The notes: generated by a model not told the origin, from the letters alone. DNA of 32,000 bases from Clostridiales bacterium (GCA_013333105.2 JABCPO020000039.1:29354-61353), one strand, 5' to 3'; counted from the first letter of the stretch, positions 1 to 10,054 are shown. Program-made: numbers and translations.

Positions 1-730
1 CTATTAATGTTTCCAATGTTCTTATATTTCTACCTTCTTTTCCAATTATTCTTCCCTTCATTTCATCGTTAGGTATTGGAACTATAGATACTGTAGATTC
101 TGATGTGTGATCTGTAGCACATCTTTGAATTGCTGTTGCTAATATTTCTTTAGCAATATTATTTTTTTCTTCATCTAACTCTTCTTTATATTTATTTAAG
201 ATTTCTGCTTTTTCATTTATTAAACATCTATCTAATTTATTTAAAAGTTCTTCTTTTGCTTCATCTTTAGTTAAATTTGAAATTTTCTCAAGTATTTTTA
301 TTTTTTCTTCTTCTAAATTTGATAATTCTCTTTCTCTTGATTCTATTTCTTTTAGTCTATCATCAATTCTTTTATATTCTTTTTCAATTTTTTCTTCTTT
401 TTTTAATATTTGTTCTTCTTTTTGGAAAATTCTATTTTCTTGAACTGATATTTCTGCTCTTCTTTCTTTGATTTCTTTATCTGCTTTTTCTTTTAAATCT
501 ATTTTTAATTGTTTTGCTTCTAATTCTGCATTTTTTATATATTCTTTTGCACTTTTTTCTGCATTTTTTATTAAATTTTCTGATTCTTTTTTCGCATCAC
601 CTAATAATTTTTCTTCTCTTTTTAATTGGAAGTGCATATATATTATGTATGCTATTGCTGATATAAATCCTAAAAGAAGTAATGTAATAACGGTTCTTAT
701 TTCTTCCGGCATTCCCATATGCATTGGCAT
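1..730 (-). CDS. rny: Ribonuclease Y, N-terminal part (partial; continues past the left edge)
   Basis: Minus-strand frame from ATG at 730 (MPMHMGMPEEIRTVITLLLLGFISAIAYIIYMHF...) with GGAGG ribosome-binding site at 739-743. N-terminal TM helix, long charged coiled coil, then NIAKEILATAIQRCATDHTSESTVSIVPIPNDEMKGRIIGKEGRNIRTLETLI, the typical RNase Y linker/KH region. Missing from the ORF track because it has no stop in the window. Confidence 0.95.
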   Translation of the reverse strand, partial: MPMHMGMPEEIRTVITLLLLGFISAIAYIIYMHFQLKREEKLLGDAKKESENLIKNAEKSAKEYIKNAELEAKQLKIDLKEKADKEIKERRAEISVQENRIFQKEEQILKKEEKIEKEYKRIDDRLKEIESRERELSNLEEEKIKILEKISNLTKDEAKEELLNKLDRCLINEKAEILNKYKEELDEEKNNIAKEILATAIQRCATDHTSESTVSIVPIPNDEMKGRIIGKEGRNIRTLETLI

Positions 731-965
731 TTTGGTTTCCTCCTTTTAATTTATATTTTATTTATTATTTATTTCATCCTTTGTGAATATACTTTCACAT
801 CTAAATAATATATCTTTTAAAAATAGTTGTCAATTACTTTACAAATTATTATTAATTATTAAGATTATTCTACTTTATTATGATATAATTTTTTTATAAT
901 TTTAAAATTAGAAATTATTAATTACTTTATTATATAAAAAAGATTGAAAGGACTCTTTATAAATT

Positions 966-2708
966 ATGAAAAAAATAAGTATTATTAAAGAACTATTAAA
1001 AACTAAATCAACATATTTAATTTTTATTTTAATATTAATTGGTATGGCTTCAGATTTACTTATACCAAAACTATTATCAAATATAATAGACAATGGTATT
1101 TTAAATAAAGATTTAAACACTATTTATTTGTCTAGTGCTACTATATTAGGATTAGCTTTATTATCTATAATTGTAAGTTTTTTTTCTATCATATTTAGCA
1201 TTAAGTTAAGTTTTAATATCTCTACAAATCTAGGAAATAAGACTTTTGAAAAAACATTATTTTTAAATTTTGAGAAATTAGAATCTTTAGCTACTGGTTC
1301 ATTACTTACTAGAATTACTAATGATACTTTTAAAGTTTCAAACGCAATTCTTAATGGATTAATAATAGCAATTAAATCTCCAATTATAATAATAGGTTCT
1401 TTTATTTTTATATTTAATATAAGTTCTAATCTTGGTATATTGTTATTACTTTCATTACCTATATTATTAATTTGTGTAAGTATTTTTGGAATCATTATAA
1501 GTCCAATCTTTGATAAGATGCAAAAGTCATTTGATAAATTAAATTTAATTCTTCGAGAAAATCTAAAAGGTATTAGAGTTATAAAAACATATACATTAGA
1601 AAATAATGAAAATAGTAAATTCAAAAAAACAAATACTCATTTAAAAACTAATGTTTTAAAAGGTGTTATATTTCTTAATTTGATTACTCCTATAATATCA
1701 ATATTTATTAATTTATTATTATTTTTAATATTATTAAAAGGAGGAGAACTTGTTTCATCTAATATATTAACAAAAGGAAATTTAATTGCAGTATTAAATT
1801 ATATTTTTCAAATAATTTATGGATTTTCTTTACTATCATTATTCTTCTTTTCTTTAATGCCTTCTTTAACATCTATTAAAAGAATTAAAGAAGTCTTAGA
1901 AATAAATGATGAATATTCATTAAACAATAATAATAAGAATTGTACTTCTGAATTTAAGAATTATGATATTGAATTTAAGAATGTTAATTTTTCTTATCCT
2001 GAAACTTCAAGTGCAGTTTCTAAAGTTTTAGAGAATATTTCTTTTTCTTTAAAAGAGGGTCAAAGTTTAGGTATATTAGGTCCTACTGGTTCTGGTAAAT
2101 CTACTTTAATAAAATTGCTTTCAAATTTCTTTTCAAATTATAGTGGAGAAATTTTAATTGGAAACAAAGAAATTAGAACATATAATCCAAATAAATTATT
2201 CGAAAAAATATGTATAGTTGAACAAAACACTAAACTAATAGAAGGAACTATAAAATCTAATCTTTTAATAGGAAACACTTCTGCTACCGAAGATGAAATT
2301 ATTAATGCTTTAAAAAATGCAGAAGCATATGACTTTATTTCAAAATACAAAGATGGTATTGATCATGAAGTTTTAGTAAATGGTAATAATTTTTCTGGTG
2401 GTCAAAAGCAAAGATTATCAATCGCTCGTGCTTTATTAAAAAAATCACCTATTATAGTATTTGATAATTCAACTTCTGCTCTTGATTACATAACAGAATC
2501 TAAAATACAAAATACTATAGATAATCTTTCAGAAAAAAAATTAACAAAAATTATAATTTCTCAAAGAGTTTCTAGTGTTAAAAACTGTGATAATATACTT
2601 ATTCTAAAAAATGGTAAAGTTGACTGTTATGGAAACCATGAATATGTATTAAACAATTCTGATTTCTATAAAACAATATATAATTCACAAGAAGGAGGAA
2701 AAGAATAA
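966..2708 (+). CDS. ABC exporter half-transporter (TM domain + NBD), degenerate-site partner of a heterodimer
   Basis: 580 aa. TM region followed by an NBD with Walker A GPTGSGKST, signature FSGGQKQR, Walker B IIVFDNSTSALD (N instead of catalytic E) and switch IIISQR (Q instead of H). Confidence 0.93.
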   Translation: MKKISIIKELLKTKSTYLIFILILIGMASDLLIPKLLSNIIDNGILNKDLNTIYLSSATILGLALLSIIVSFFSIIFSIKLSFNISTNLGNKTFEKTLFLNFEKLESLATGSLLTRITNDTFKVSNAILNGLIIAIKSPIIIIGSFIFIFNISSNLGILLLLSLPILLICVSIFGIIISPIFDKMQKSFDKLNLILRENLKGIRVIKTYTLENNENSKFKKTNTHLKTNVLKGVIFLNLITPIISIFINLLLFLILLKGGELVSSNILTKGNLIAVLNYIFQIIYGFSLLSLFFFSLMPSLTSIKRIKEVLEINDEYSLNNNNKNCTSEFKNYDIEFKNVNFSYPETSSAVSKVLENISFSLKEGQSLGILGPTGSGKSTLIKLLSNFFSNYSGEILIGNKEIRTYNPNKLFEKICIVEQNTKLIEGTIKSNLLIGNTSATEDEIINALKNAEAYDFISKYKDGIDHEVLVNGNNFSGGQKQRLSIARALLKKSPIIVFDNSTSALDYITESKIQNTIDNLSEKKLTKIIISQRVSSVKNCDNILILKNGKVDCYGNHEYVLNNSDFYKTIYNSQEGGKE

Positions 2709-4580
2709 ATGGATAAAAAAACTATTAAAAATAATTTAAATTCTGAATATAGAAACTTATCTGTTTCTAAATCCTTTAAATCTATTTTTAATATTCTGCT
2801 TAAAATAATTTATTTATTGAAGGAATATAAATATCAATTTGCAATTGGATTTTCTTCTCTTGTTATAAGTTCAATTCTAGGTATTATATCAGTCCTATAT
2901 TTAAAAAATAGTATTGATACTCTTTCAAGTAATGGTATTAATAATATGAATACTTTTATTAATAATATAATATTATTATGCATTTATATAAGTTTATCCA
3001 TATTATTTAGCTTTATAGGATCTTCCATACTTGCTGTTGTATCTCAAAAATCAATATATAAATTAAGAAATAGATTATTTGAGCATACTCAAAATCTACC
3101 TATTAACTTTTTTGATAAACATAATGCAGGAAAGTTAATTTCTATTTATGTTAATGATGTTGAACTTTTAAGTACTGTTTTAGATCAAAGTATTCCAAAA
3201 ATATTAATCTCATTAATTCAAATTACTTTTACAGTAGTAATTTTATTATACTTAAATGTATTTTTAGGAATAATAACATCTATTTTGTTATTTGGATATT
3301 TAATATTTATAGCAACTTTAAGTTTAAAAGCAAAAAAATATACTACTCTTAGACAACATTATTTAGCAATAGTTAATGGATATGCAGAGCAAGGTTATTC
3401 TTCAATAGCAATGATTAGATCTTACGGATATTCTCAAAAATATCTAGATGAGTTCAAAGAAAAAATGGAGTATTTAAAATATTCTTCTGAAAAATCACAA
3501 TTATATACTAGTTTAATGTATCAATTTTCAAATATATTCTTTTATATTTTATTTGGTATTGTCGCATTAATTGGAGGAAACTTAGCATTTTTCGGATTTA
3601 TAACTATAGGTTCAATCGTATCATATATACAATTAGTAAGAAACTTATCTGATCCAATCCTTATAGCTTCAACTCAATTAAATACTCTTCTATCATCAAT
3701 ATCTGGTGCTGAATTTGTATTTAATATATTAAAAACTAATTCAGAAATAGATCAAACTGATAAACAACAAATTACTATAAAAATTGTAGATGGTATAAAA
3801 TATTGGAAAAATGGGAATAAATTAATAAAAGCTAATGGACATATTGAATTTAAGAATGTTAATTTTTCTTATTTAAATAATGATAAAAAAGAAACTAATC
3901 TGACTCTTAAAAACATATCTCTATATGCTAAACCTTCCCAAAAAATTTCTTTTGTAGGGTCTACAGGAGCTGGAAAAACTACTATTGCAAATTTAGTTAA
4001 CAGATTTTATGAAATTAATAATGGAGATATCTTAATAGATGGAATAAATATAAAGGAAATTAATAAGAATTCTTTAAGAAGTCAAATAACAACTGTTCTG
4101 CAAGAAAGTATACTATTTTCAGGAAGTATCGCTGATAATATTAGATATGGTAATTTATTAGCTACTGATGAAGAAGTTAAAAATGCAGCAATTTTAAGTA
4201 ATGCAGATGAATTTATACAAAAATTGCCTGACAAATATTACACAATAATTAATCCAGATGATTTAGCTTTATCTCAAGGAGAAATCCAATTGCTATCTAT
4301 TGCAAGAGCAGCTGTTTCTAAACCTTTAATATTAATATTAGATGAAGCAACATCTTCAATCGATTCTCAAACGGAAAAATTAATTCAAGATGGTATAGAT
4401 AAATTAATGAATGAATGTACAACTTTAGTTATCGCTCATCGTTTATCAACAATAAAAAATTCTAATGCAATACTTGTGTTAGAAAATGGTAATATAATAG
4501 AACGAGGAGATCATGATAATTTATTATCTCAAAAAGGATTATATTATGATTTACATACAGGTAAAAACGCTATATCTTAG
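2709..4580 (+). CDS. ABC exporter half-transporter (TM domain + NBD), catalytic partner
   Basis: 623 aa, starts immediately after the previous stop. Walker A GSTGAGKTT, Walker B ILILDEATSSID, H-switch TLVIAHRLSTI, divergent signature LSQGE. Confidence 0.93.
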   Translation: MDKKTIKNNLNSEYRNLSVSKSFKSIFNILLKIIYLLKEYKYQFAIGFSSLVISSILGIISVLYLKNSIDTLSSNGINNMNTFINNIILLCIYISLSILFSFIGSSILAVVSQKSIYKLRNRLFEHTQNLPINFFDKHNAGKLISIYVNDVELLSTVLDQSIPKILISLIQITFTVVILLYLNVFLGIITSILLFGYLIFIATLSLKAKKYTTLRQHYLAIVNGYAEQGYSSIAMIRSYGYSQKYLDEFKEKMEYLKYSSEKSQLYTSLMYQFSNIFFYILFGIVALIGGNLAFFGFITIGSIVSYIQLVRNLSDPILIASTQLNTLLSSISGAEFVFNILKTNSEIDQTDKQQITIKIVDGIKYWKNGNKLIKANGHIEFKNVNFSYLNNDKKETNLTLKNISLYAKPSQKISFVGSTGAGKTTIANLVNRFYEINNGDILIDGINIKEINKNSLRSQITTVLQESILFSGSIADNIRYGNLLATDEEVKNAAILSNADEFIQKLPDKYYTIINPDDLALSQGEIQLLSIARAAVSKPLILILDEATSSIDSQTEKLIQDGIDKLMNECTTLVIAHRLSTIKNSNAILVLENGNIIERGDHDNLLSQKGLYYDLHTGKNAIS

Positions 4581-4627
4581 CTTTTTTACTCTATAATTTA
4601 ATATTTAATATAATATTACTTAAAAAT

Positions 4628-4671
4628 AAAAGCTATAAAAATAGAAAACAAATTCTACTTTTATAGCTTTT
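4628..4671. terminator. Bidirectional intrinsic terminator between convergent genes
   Basis: Arms aaaagctataaaaatagaa (4628-4646) and ttctacttttatagctttt (4653-4671), 19 nt each with one mismatch/wobble and a 6-nt loop, with A/T tracts on both sides. Located between the ABC gene stop and the convergent aminotransferase stop. Confidence 0.85.
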
Positions 4672-4691
4672 TATCATCTTTATTTTAATTT

Positions 4692-6071
4692 TTATAAAAT
4701 TATTTTTTTTAATACATCAATAAAAATATCTATTTCATTAATATTATTATAAATTCCTAAAGAAACTCTTAAATTATTTTTTTTGATATTCATACAATCA
4801 TTACTTTCTCTTACAATTATATCATTATCAGAAAGTATCTCTCCAATATCACTTGAATCATATCCTTTTACATTAAACGAAATTATTCCATAATTCATTT
4901 TACACCCTAACAATTCCATTCCTTTATCAAATTCTATAATTTTTTCATTATTCATATCATTAATTTCTTTTAATTTTCTATATAAATAATTTGTAATATA
5001 AAAAATATATTTACTAATATCATCTATTTTTAATTCTTTAATATACTCAATCGTTTCTCCCAGTGCAAGAATTGCTCCTATATTAAGACTTCCTGCACTT
5101 TTATCTGTATACTTTATAATATTACTTATTTTATTTGATATATACATAATTCCTATTCCATCTACTGAATACATTTTATGTGCAGAAAATATAACTACAT
5201 CAATATCAGCTATATTCATAAACGATTTGCTGTGTTTAAATTGTTGTGTACAATCAATTATAGTAATAAAATTTTCATCTATTTCTTTTGCATTTTGAGT
5301 TATTACTTCTATATCTGATAATGCTCCGGTTATAGAATTTATTGATGTTAAAATACAAATATTTATTACTGTATCATTATTTTGTTTTGCTAATTCTGTT
5401 ATATATTTTATATCACTTAATCTTTCATTTACAGTACTTATACTATATATTCCAGATAAATCTAAATCAATATTATGTATATTTATCTTTATTAAGCTAC
5501 TATATAATTCACTTATATTTTGTTTGATATTAATAAATTTTGATACAGTAGATTTGTGATCTTCATCTGAACACATTATATTAACTATAACTTTATTGCT
5601 TTTTGATTCATTATATTGTTTTAATTCTTCTTTTTCTTTAGCTTTATCTATAATATATTTTTTTATATTTTCATACACTATTTCTAAAGATGAAGTGGAA
5701 CCTTGTGTAAATTCTATTTTTCCATATTTCCTTAATTCTTCATCTTCTTTATTTTCATCTATCATTCGAAGAATTTCATCCTTTACATAATTAACTCTTT
5801 GTTCATTTTTTAATTCCAATTTATTTCTACTTCTGTAAATATTCGAATTATATTTTTCAATATACTCTACATATTTGCTTAAAGCTCTTTTATTAACTTG
5901 CGTTGTAGATGCATTGTCAAAATATATCAATTCTTTATTATTAATTATAAATTTAAAATCTTCTCTTACATTATTAAATTTATTTTCTAAATATTTTATT
6001 TCTTCATTTTCTAAATTAAAAACTTTACCATTATCAAACTCTAATGGTAAAAATACTTTTTTATCACTCAT
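4692..6071 (-). CDS. Class-V aminotransferase fold, cysteine desulfurase/NifS-SufS-like
   Basis: 459 aa. YFDNASTTQ, EDHKSTVSKF, IIDCTQQFKHS, DVVIFSAHKMYSVDGIGIMY (PLP lysine) and C-terminal VRESNDCMNIKKNNLRVSLGIYNN, where the desulfurase cysteine would sit. Confidence 0.8.
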   Translation of the reverse strand: MSDKKVFLPLEFDNGKVFNLENEEIKYLENKFNNVREDFKFIINNKELIYFDNASTTQVNKRALSKYVEYIEKYNSNIYRSRNKLELKNEQRVNYVKDEILRMIDENKEDEELRKYGKIEFTQGSTSSLEIVYENIKKYIIDKAKEKEELKQYNESKSNKVIVNIMCSDEDHKSTVSKFINIKQNISELYSSLIKINIHNIDLDLSGIYSISTVNERLSDIKYITELAKQNNDTVINICILTSINSITGALSDIEVITQNAKEIDENFITIIDCTQQFKHSKSFMNIADIDVVIFSAHKMYSVDGIGIMYISNKISNIIKYTDKSAGSLNIGAILALGETIEYIKELKIDDISKYIFYITNYLYRKLKEINDMNNEKIIEFDKGMELLGCKMNYGIISFNVKGYDSSDIGEILSDNDIIVRESNDCMNIKKNNLRVSLGIYNNINEIDIFIDVLKKIIL

Positions 6072-6121
6072 ATATTTCCTTAATATTAATATTATATTTA
6101 TGCATTTATTTTATTTAACTT

Positions 6122-7498
6122 TTATCTTAACTTTTTTATTTTTCTAAAAAGTGAATAGCCATCTAATTTATATTGAACTAATCCACCTTTTAAAGAATAT
6201 ACATTCATACCTTTTCTGTTTAAATATTCTGCATATATTTTAGATTTTTCTCCATTTGCACATACTAGAAGTACTTTATTTTCTTTTGAAAATGGTAATC
6301 CGTTATCCAACATATTTTTAAATATATAGTCTGTAATATTTATACTTCCCTTTAGATAAAAAGTTGAATACGCCATGTTTCCTCTTAAATCTATTATTAT
6401 ATATCCCTCTTTATTTTCATTTTCTATTATCTCATTTACTTCCTTAGTTTCTAACTCTTTTACATGTTCAAAACTTTCTTGATTTAAACGAATCTTATTT
6501 TCAAAATTATCAATTGTATCAAGGTTTGGATTAGATTGATATATTTCAGGTCTTCTCTTTTTTATATATGACATATATGGTTCAATTCTATCACAAGCTA
6601 TAAATACTGCTATTTTTTCTTGTCCTTCTATTAAATTCAATTCATTTAATTTTTCATCTTCTTTTTTTAGGTATTCCAATGCTCCTGATAAACTTGCTCC
6701 ACTTGTTGGTCCTGCTAATATTCCTATTTTTCTATTTAAATCTAACATTGAATCAATAGCATTTTGTTCTGAAACTTCTACTATATCATCATATAAATTT
6801 TTATTAAATATTCCTACCTCTAACATTTCATCAATATTTCTAATTCCAGGCAATAATTGTCCTTTTGCTCCAATTATTCCAATTTTCTTCATTTTACTAT
6901 TTTTTGATATTAAATATTCTATTGTACCTCTAGATGATCCTGTTGTTCCTAGTGATCCAAAGAAATAATCAACATTCCCTAAATCATTATATATTTCAGG
7001 CCCTGTTGTTTCAAAATGTATCTTAGGATTATTTAAATTTTCATATTGATTTGGATAAAAATACTTTTCATCACTAGATGCAATTTTTCTTTTGATATAA
7101 TTTATAGGATCATCTTGATTGATTGGATCTGGGCATTCTGATTCCCCAGGCAATTCCTCTATTTCTGCCCCTAATGTTTTTAAAATATCTTTAGTTTCTG
7201 GTATTTTTATTCTATTTGTTACTGTTTCAAATTTATACCCATTTATACTTCCAATAACAGTTAATGCTTTAGCAGTATTTCCAGAAGATGCCTCTATAAT
7301 TTTATTAACACCTTCTGTTTTTAGCTCTTCCTCCTTAGCTTTAAACATCGCCAAAGCTGCTCTATCTTTTAATGATCCAAATGGATTATATAGCTCACAT
7401 TTTGCATATACTTTTATATTCTTTAATCCAGTTACATTATTTGATATCTCAATAACTGGAGTATTTCCTATCATCTCTATTACACTTTTATATTTCAT
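6122..7498 (-). CDS. Cysteine-synthase-fold (OASS/SbnA-like) PLP enzyme with C-terminal rhodanese domain
   Basis: 458 aa. MIGNTPVIEI, NPFGSLKDRAA (PLP lysine), EASSGNTAKALT, GSLGTTGSSRGT and GPTSGAS. C-terminus EGYIIIDLRGNMAYSTFYLKGSINI...VLLVCANGEKSKIYAEYLNRKGMNVYSLKGG is rhodanese-like, including a Cys in the active loop. Confidence 0.88.
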   Translation of the reverse strand: MKYKSVIEMIGNTPVIEISNNVTGLKNIKVYAKCELYNPFGSLKDRAALAMFKAKEEELKTEGVNKIIEASSGNTAKALTVIGSINGYKFETVTNRIKIPETKDILKTLGAEIEELPGESECPDPINQDDPINYIKRKIASSDEKYFYPNQYENLNNPKIHFETTGPEIYNDLGNVDYFFGSLGTTGSSRGTIEYLISKNSKMKKIGIIGAKGQLLPGIRNIDEMLEVGIFNKNLYDDIVEVSEQNAIDSMLDLNRKIGILAGPTSGASLSGALEYLKKEDEKLNELNLIEGQEKIAVFIACDRIEPYMSYIKKRRPEIYQSNPNLDTIDNFENKIRLNQESFEHVKELETKEVNEIIENENKEGYIIIDLRGNMAYSTFYLKGSINITDYIFKNMLDNGLPFSKENKVLLVCANGEKSKIYAEYLNRKGMNVYSLKGGLVQYKLDGYSLFRKIKKLR

Positions 7499-7516
7499 TT
7501 TATTAATTCCTTTTTA

Positions 7517-8947
7517 TTATCTATACTTTTCATCTAGATAAATTTTACCATTTTCCCAAACTATAATTTTTGCAATATTTTGTCTTGCTGTATCTGTTCT
7601 TCTAAAATCCATATAATATCCTGAAGTATTTGGGATTAATATTATATCTCCTGCTTTAATTTTTTTATCTAAATATATTTTATGTCTATATATAAAATCT
7701 GTTTCCATACATAGATTTCCAGACATATATACACCGTCTTTTGAATTATCTCTCTCATTTTCATTACTTTCATCATAAAAATGAAGTGGATCTATAAATT
7801 TATCTTCTGATCCCATAGAAACATCTGATTTCTTCATATCCAATCCAATTAAAATATTATTATCTGCCAAAGTTTTTACATAATTCACTTTAGAAAAAGT
7901 ATGTCCAGCTCCTTTTAATAAAGCTGCTCCCGGTTCTATATATAGAGTAATCATATTATCATTTAATATTTCATATATTTTTCTTCCCTCAAATGATTCT
8001 AATCTTGCTGTCAATATTTCCTCTAAACTATCTGCACCATCTTTTTCAGGATTAAAATCTGAAATTCTAACATTCCCTTTTAGAGTATTATTTTCTACTA
8101 ATACTCCATAATTTTCATTATTGTATCTAATATTAGGTATTTCGCCTAATAAACTTTTTTTAATATTACTAATACTTTTACTCCATTTTTCATTATCTGA
8201 TATAAGTTTTGATTTGTATCCTCCTCCTAAATCAATAACTTCTGGATCAAGCTCGTATTCATATGCAATAGAAAATACTTCTAATATATTTTCTATTGCT
8301 ATTATTTTTTCTTGAATTGAAACTGTGTCTAAATGGAAAGAAAACCCTTTTAACTTTATATTATTTTTTAACTCCTTAGATGCTAACATTTTCAGAGTTT
8401 TTTCTATGTCTTTTAAAGGAATTCCAAACTTTGAATTCTTATTAATTATATTTTGAGTTTTAGATTTAAAATCATTCAATCTCAATAATATATTAACTTT
8501 AGAAATATTAAATTTGTTTTTAATTTTAATAATTTGATCTAACTCTTCTTCATTATCTACATTAATTAATACTCCATGTCTTATAGCTAGCTCTAAAAAT
8601 TCTTCATTTTTAGGACCAGTAGCTTCCATCATATTCCCAGTAAATCCTTTTTTTAATCCTACTTCTAATTCTCCAACTGAAGCTACATCAAGATTAATAT
8701 TTTCTAATAAGGCTCTTCTTACAAATGCTTCTGATTTTGTTGATTTTTCTGCTAAAAATATTTTATTTTGTATTTTATATTTTTTAAAAACCTCTTTAAA
8801 CTTTTCAATATTCTCTGCCATCACATCTGTATTTACTATATTTATTGGTCCAGAAAATGCTGAAAGTAGATCATTTAATTTTTCATATTTTAAAAATTCA
8901 TTCCACTTTTCATTTATTGCTCCTGGAAATTCTAGATATTTTTCCAT
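7517..8947 (-). CDS. PLP-dependent decarboxylase-fold protein (Orn/DAP/Arg decarboxylase family 2, Y4yA-like)
   Basis: 476 aa. KIFLAEKSTKSEAF (PLP lysine region), INVDNEEELDQI, GFSFHLDTVS, DLGGGYKS, LYIEPGAALL and GNLCMETDFIYRHKI. Confidence 0.8.
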   Translation of the reverse strand: MEKYLEFPGAINEKWNEFLKYEKLNDLLSAFSGPINIVNTDVMAENIEKFKEVFKKYKIQNKIFLAEKSTKSEAFVRRALLENINLDVASVGELEVGLKKGFTGNMMEATGPKNEEFLELAIRHGVLINVDNEEELDQIIKIKNKFNISKVNILLRLNDFKSKTQNIINKNSKFGIPLKDIEKTLKMLASKELKNNIKLKGFSFHLDTVSIQEKIIAIENILEVFSIAYEYELDPEVIDLGGGYKSKLISDNEKWSKSISNIKKSLLGEIPNIRYNNENYGVLVENNTLKGNVRISDFNPEKDGADSLEEILTARLESFEGRKIYEILNDNMITLYIEPGAALLKGAGHTFSKVNYVKTLADNNILIGLDMKKSDVSMGSEDKFIDPLHFYDESNENERDNSKDGVYMSGNLCMETDFIYRHKIYLDKKIKAGDIILIPNTSGYYMDFRRTDTARQNIAKIIVWENGKIYLDEKYR

Positions 8948-9019
8948 TTTATCCCCATTCTACATTTTATTTGTGTATAATCTATTCTTCTTTATTATAT
9001 CTTTTACAATATTTTATTT

Positions 9020-10015
9020 CTATTTTATTTTACAATTATATATAACCTTTTTATAATCAAATTCTGGATTTATGTATTTTGTTAAATCTATACCATAATA
9101 TCCACTGTACCATTCTTCACAATTTTTTGTATATATATTTGCCATTAATTCATAATATTCATCCCAATTTTTATTGTGATCTAAAGCTTTTTCAATTATT
9201 TTTTCATTTATTTCTTTCATCTTGTCAGGGAAACTATTCATTGCTTCCAAATCTCCTTGTTCAAATCTTTTCATTTCTCTAGAAAATGGAACAAATCCTA
9301 TTATTTTTTTTGAATCTATAAATGATTTAACATATTGCTTGTCTTCATCATCATATGCTTTATTTACAATTACATAATTATTCATTTTATATTCTTTTGT
9401 TATTTCCTCAAATTTTAAAAATACATCTATACTTTTAATTGTAGGTTCTACAACAAATATATTTATATCTGATACTGCAAATATTGAAGTTCCAACAGAA
9501 TCTACTCCTGCTGTACCATCTGTTACAACAATTGTATTTTCATCATCAAGTAATCTGTTATATATTAATTCACTTGAACCTAATTTACTATGATAGCATT
9601 GTGATCCAATTCCTTCATCTGTATATGATCCTACTGTTAATAAATGAGTATTTCCTTTTTTAGTTGCAAATTTCATTAAAAATTCATCGTCATCATTAGG
9701 AATAATAAATTTAGAATCATAATCTGGAGGAGTTGTTCCAATAATTATTAATTCTTCATTAACATTCATGTTTTCTTTTTCTTTTAAATAATTATTGACT
9801 CTTTCCATTCTAGTTTTTTCAAAAAATTCTCCAATTTCATCTATTCTATCTCCTAAAAAAACTTGATCCATTTCTAACACTTTTCCTAAATGTGTATTAA
9901 CATCACCATCTATTGCAATTATTTTCTTATCTTTTAATTTTTGTGCATATTTTATAAAGCTTGATGCTATTGTAGTTTTTCCACTTCCACCTTTTCCAAA
10001 AAATGATATTCTCAT
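9020..10015 (-). CDS. CooC/ParA-like P-loop ATPase (SIMIBI/MinD superfamily)
   Basis: 331 aa. N-terminal FFGKGGSGKTTIASSF (deviant Walker A), VVTDGTAGVDSVGTSIFAVSDINIFVVEPT, resembling the Walker B/switch region of CooC family proteins, and NKAYDDED. Confidence 0.82.
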   Translation of the reverse strand: MRISFFGKGGSGKTTIASSFIKYAQKLKDKKIIAIDGDVNTHLGKVLEMDQVFLGDRIDEIGEFFEKTRMERVNNYLKEKENMNVNEELIIIGTTPPDYDSKFIIPNDDDEFLMKFATKKGNTHLLTVGSYTDEGIGSQCYHSKLGSSELIYNRLLDDENTIVVTDGTAGVDSVGTSIFAVSDINIFVVEPTIKSIDVFLKFEEITKEYKMNNYVIVNKAYDDEDKQYVKSFIDSKKIIGFVPFSREMKRFEQGDLEAMNSFPDKMKEINEKIIEKALDHNKNWDEYYELMANIYTKNCEEWYSGYYGIDLTKYINPEFDYKKVIYNCKIK

Positions 10016-10054
10016 TATATTTTCCTCTTTTCTATTTCCTTTTATAATATATCT

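Noticed and set aside
277-749. Plus-strand ORFs (64 and 93 aa) at the left end
   Set aside because: Antisense to rny, whose minus-strand frame is clear; low-complexity F/L-rich translations are artefacts of AT-rich antisense sequence.
908-1624. Minus-strand ORFs opposite the first ABC gene
   Set aside because: Antisense to a clear ABC transporter gene with conserved motifs.
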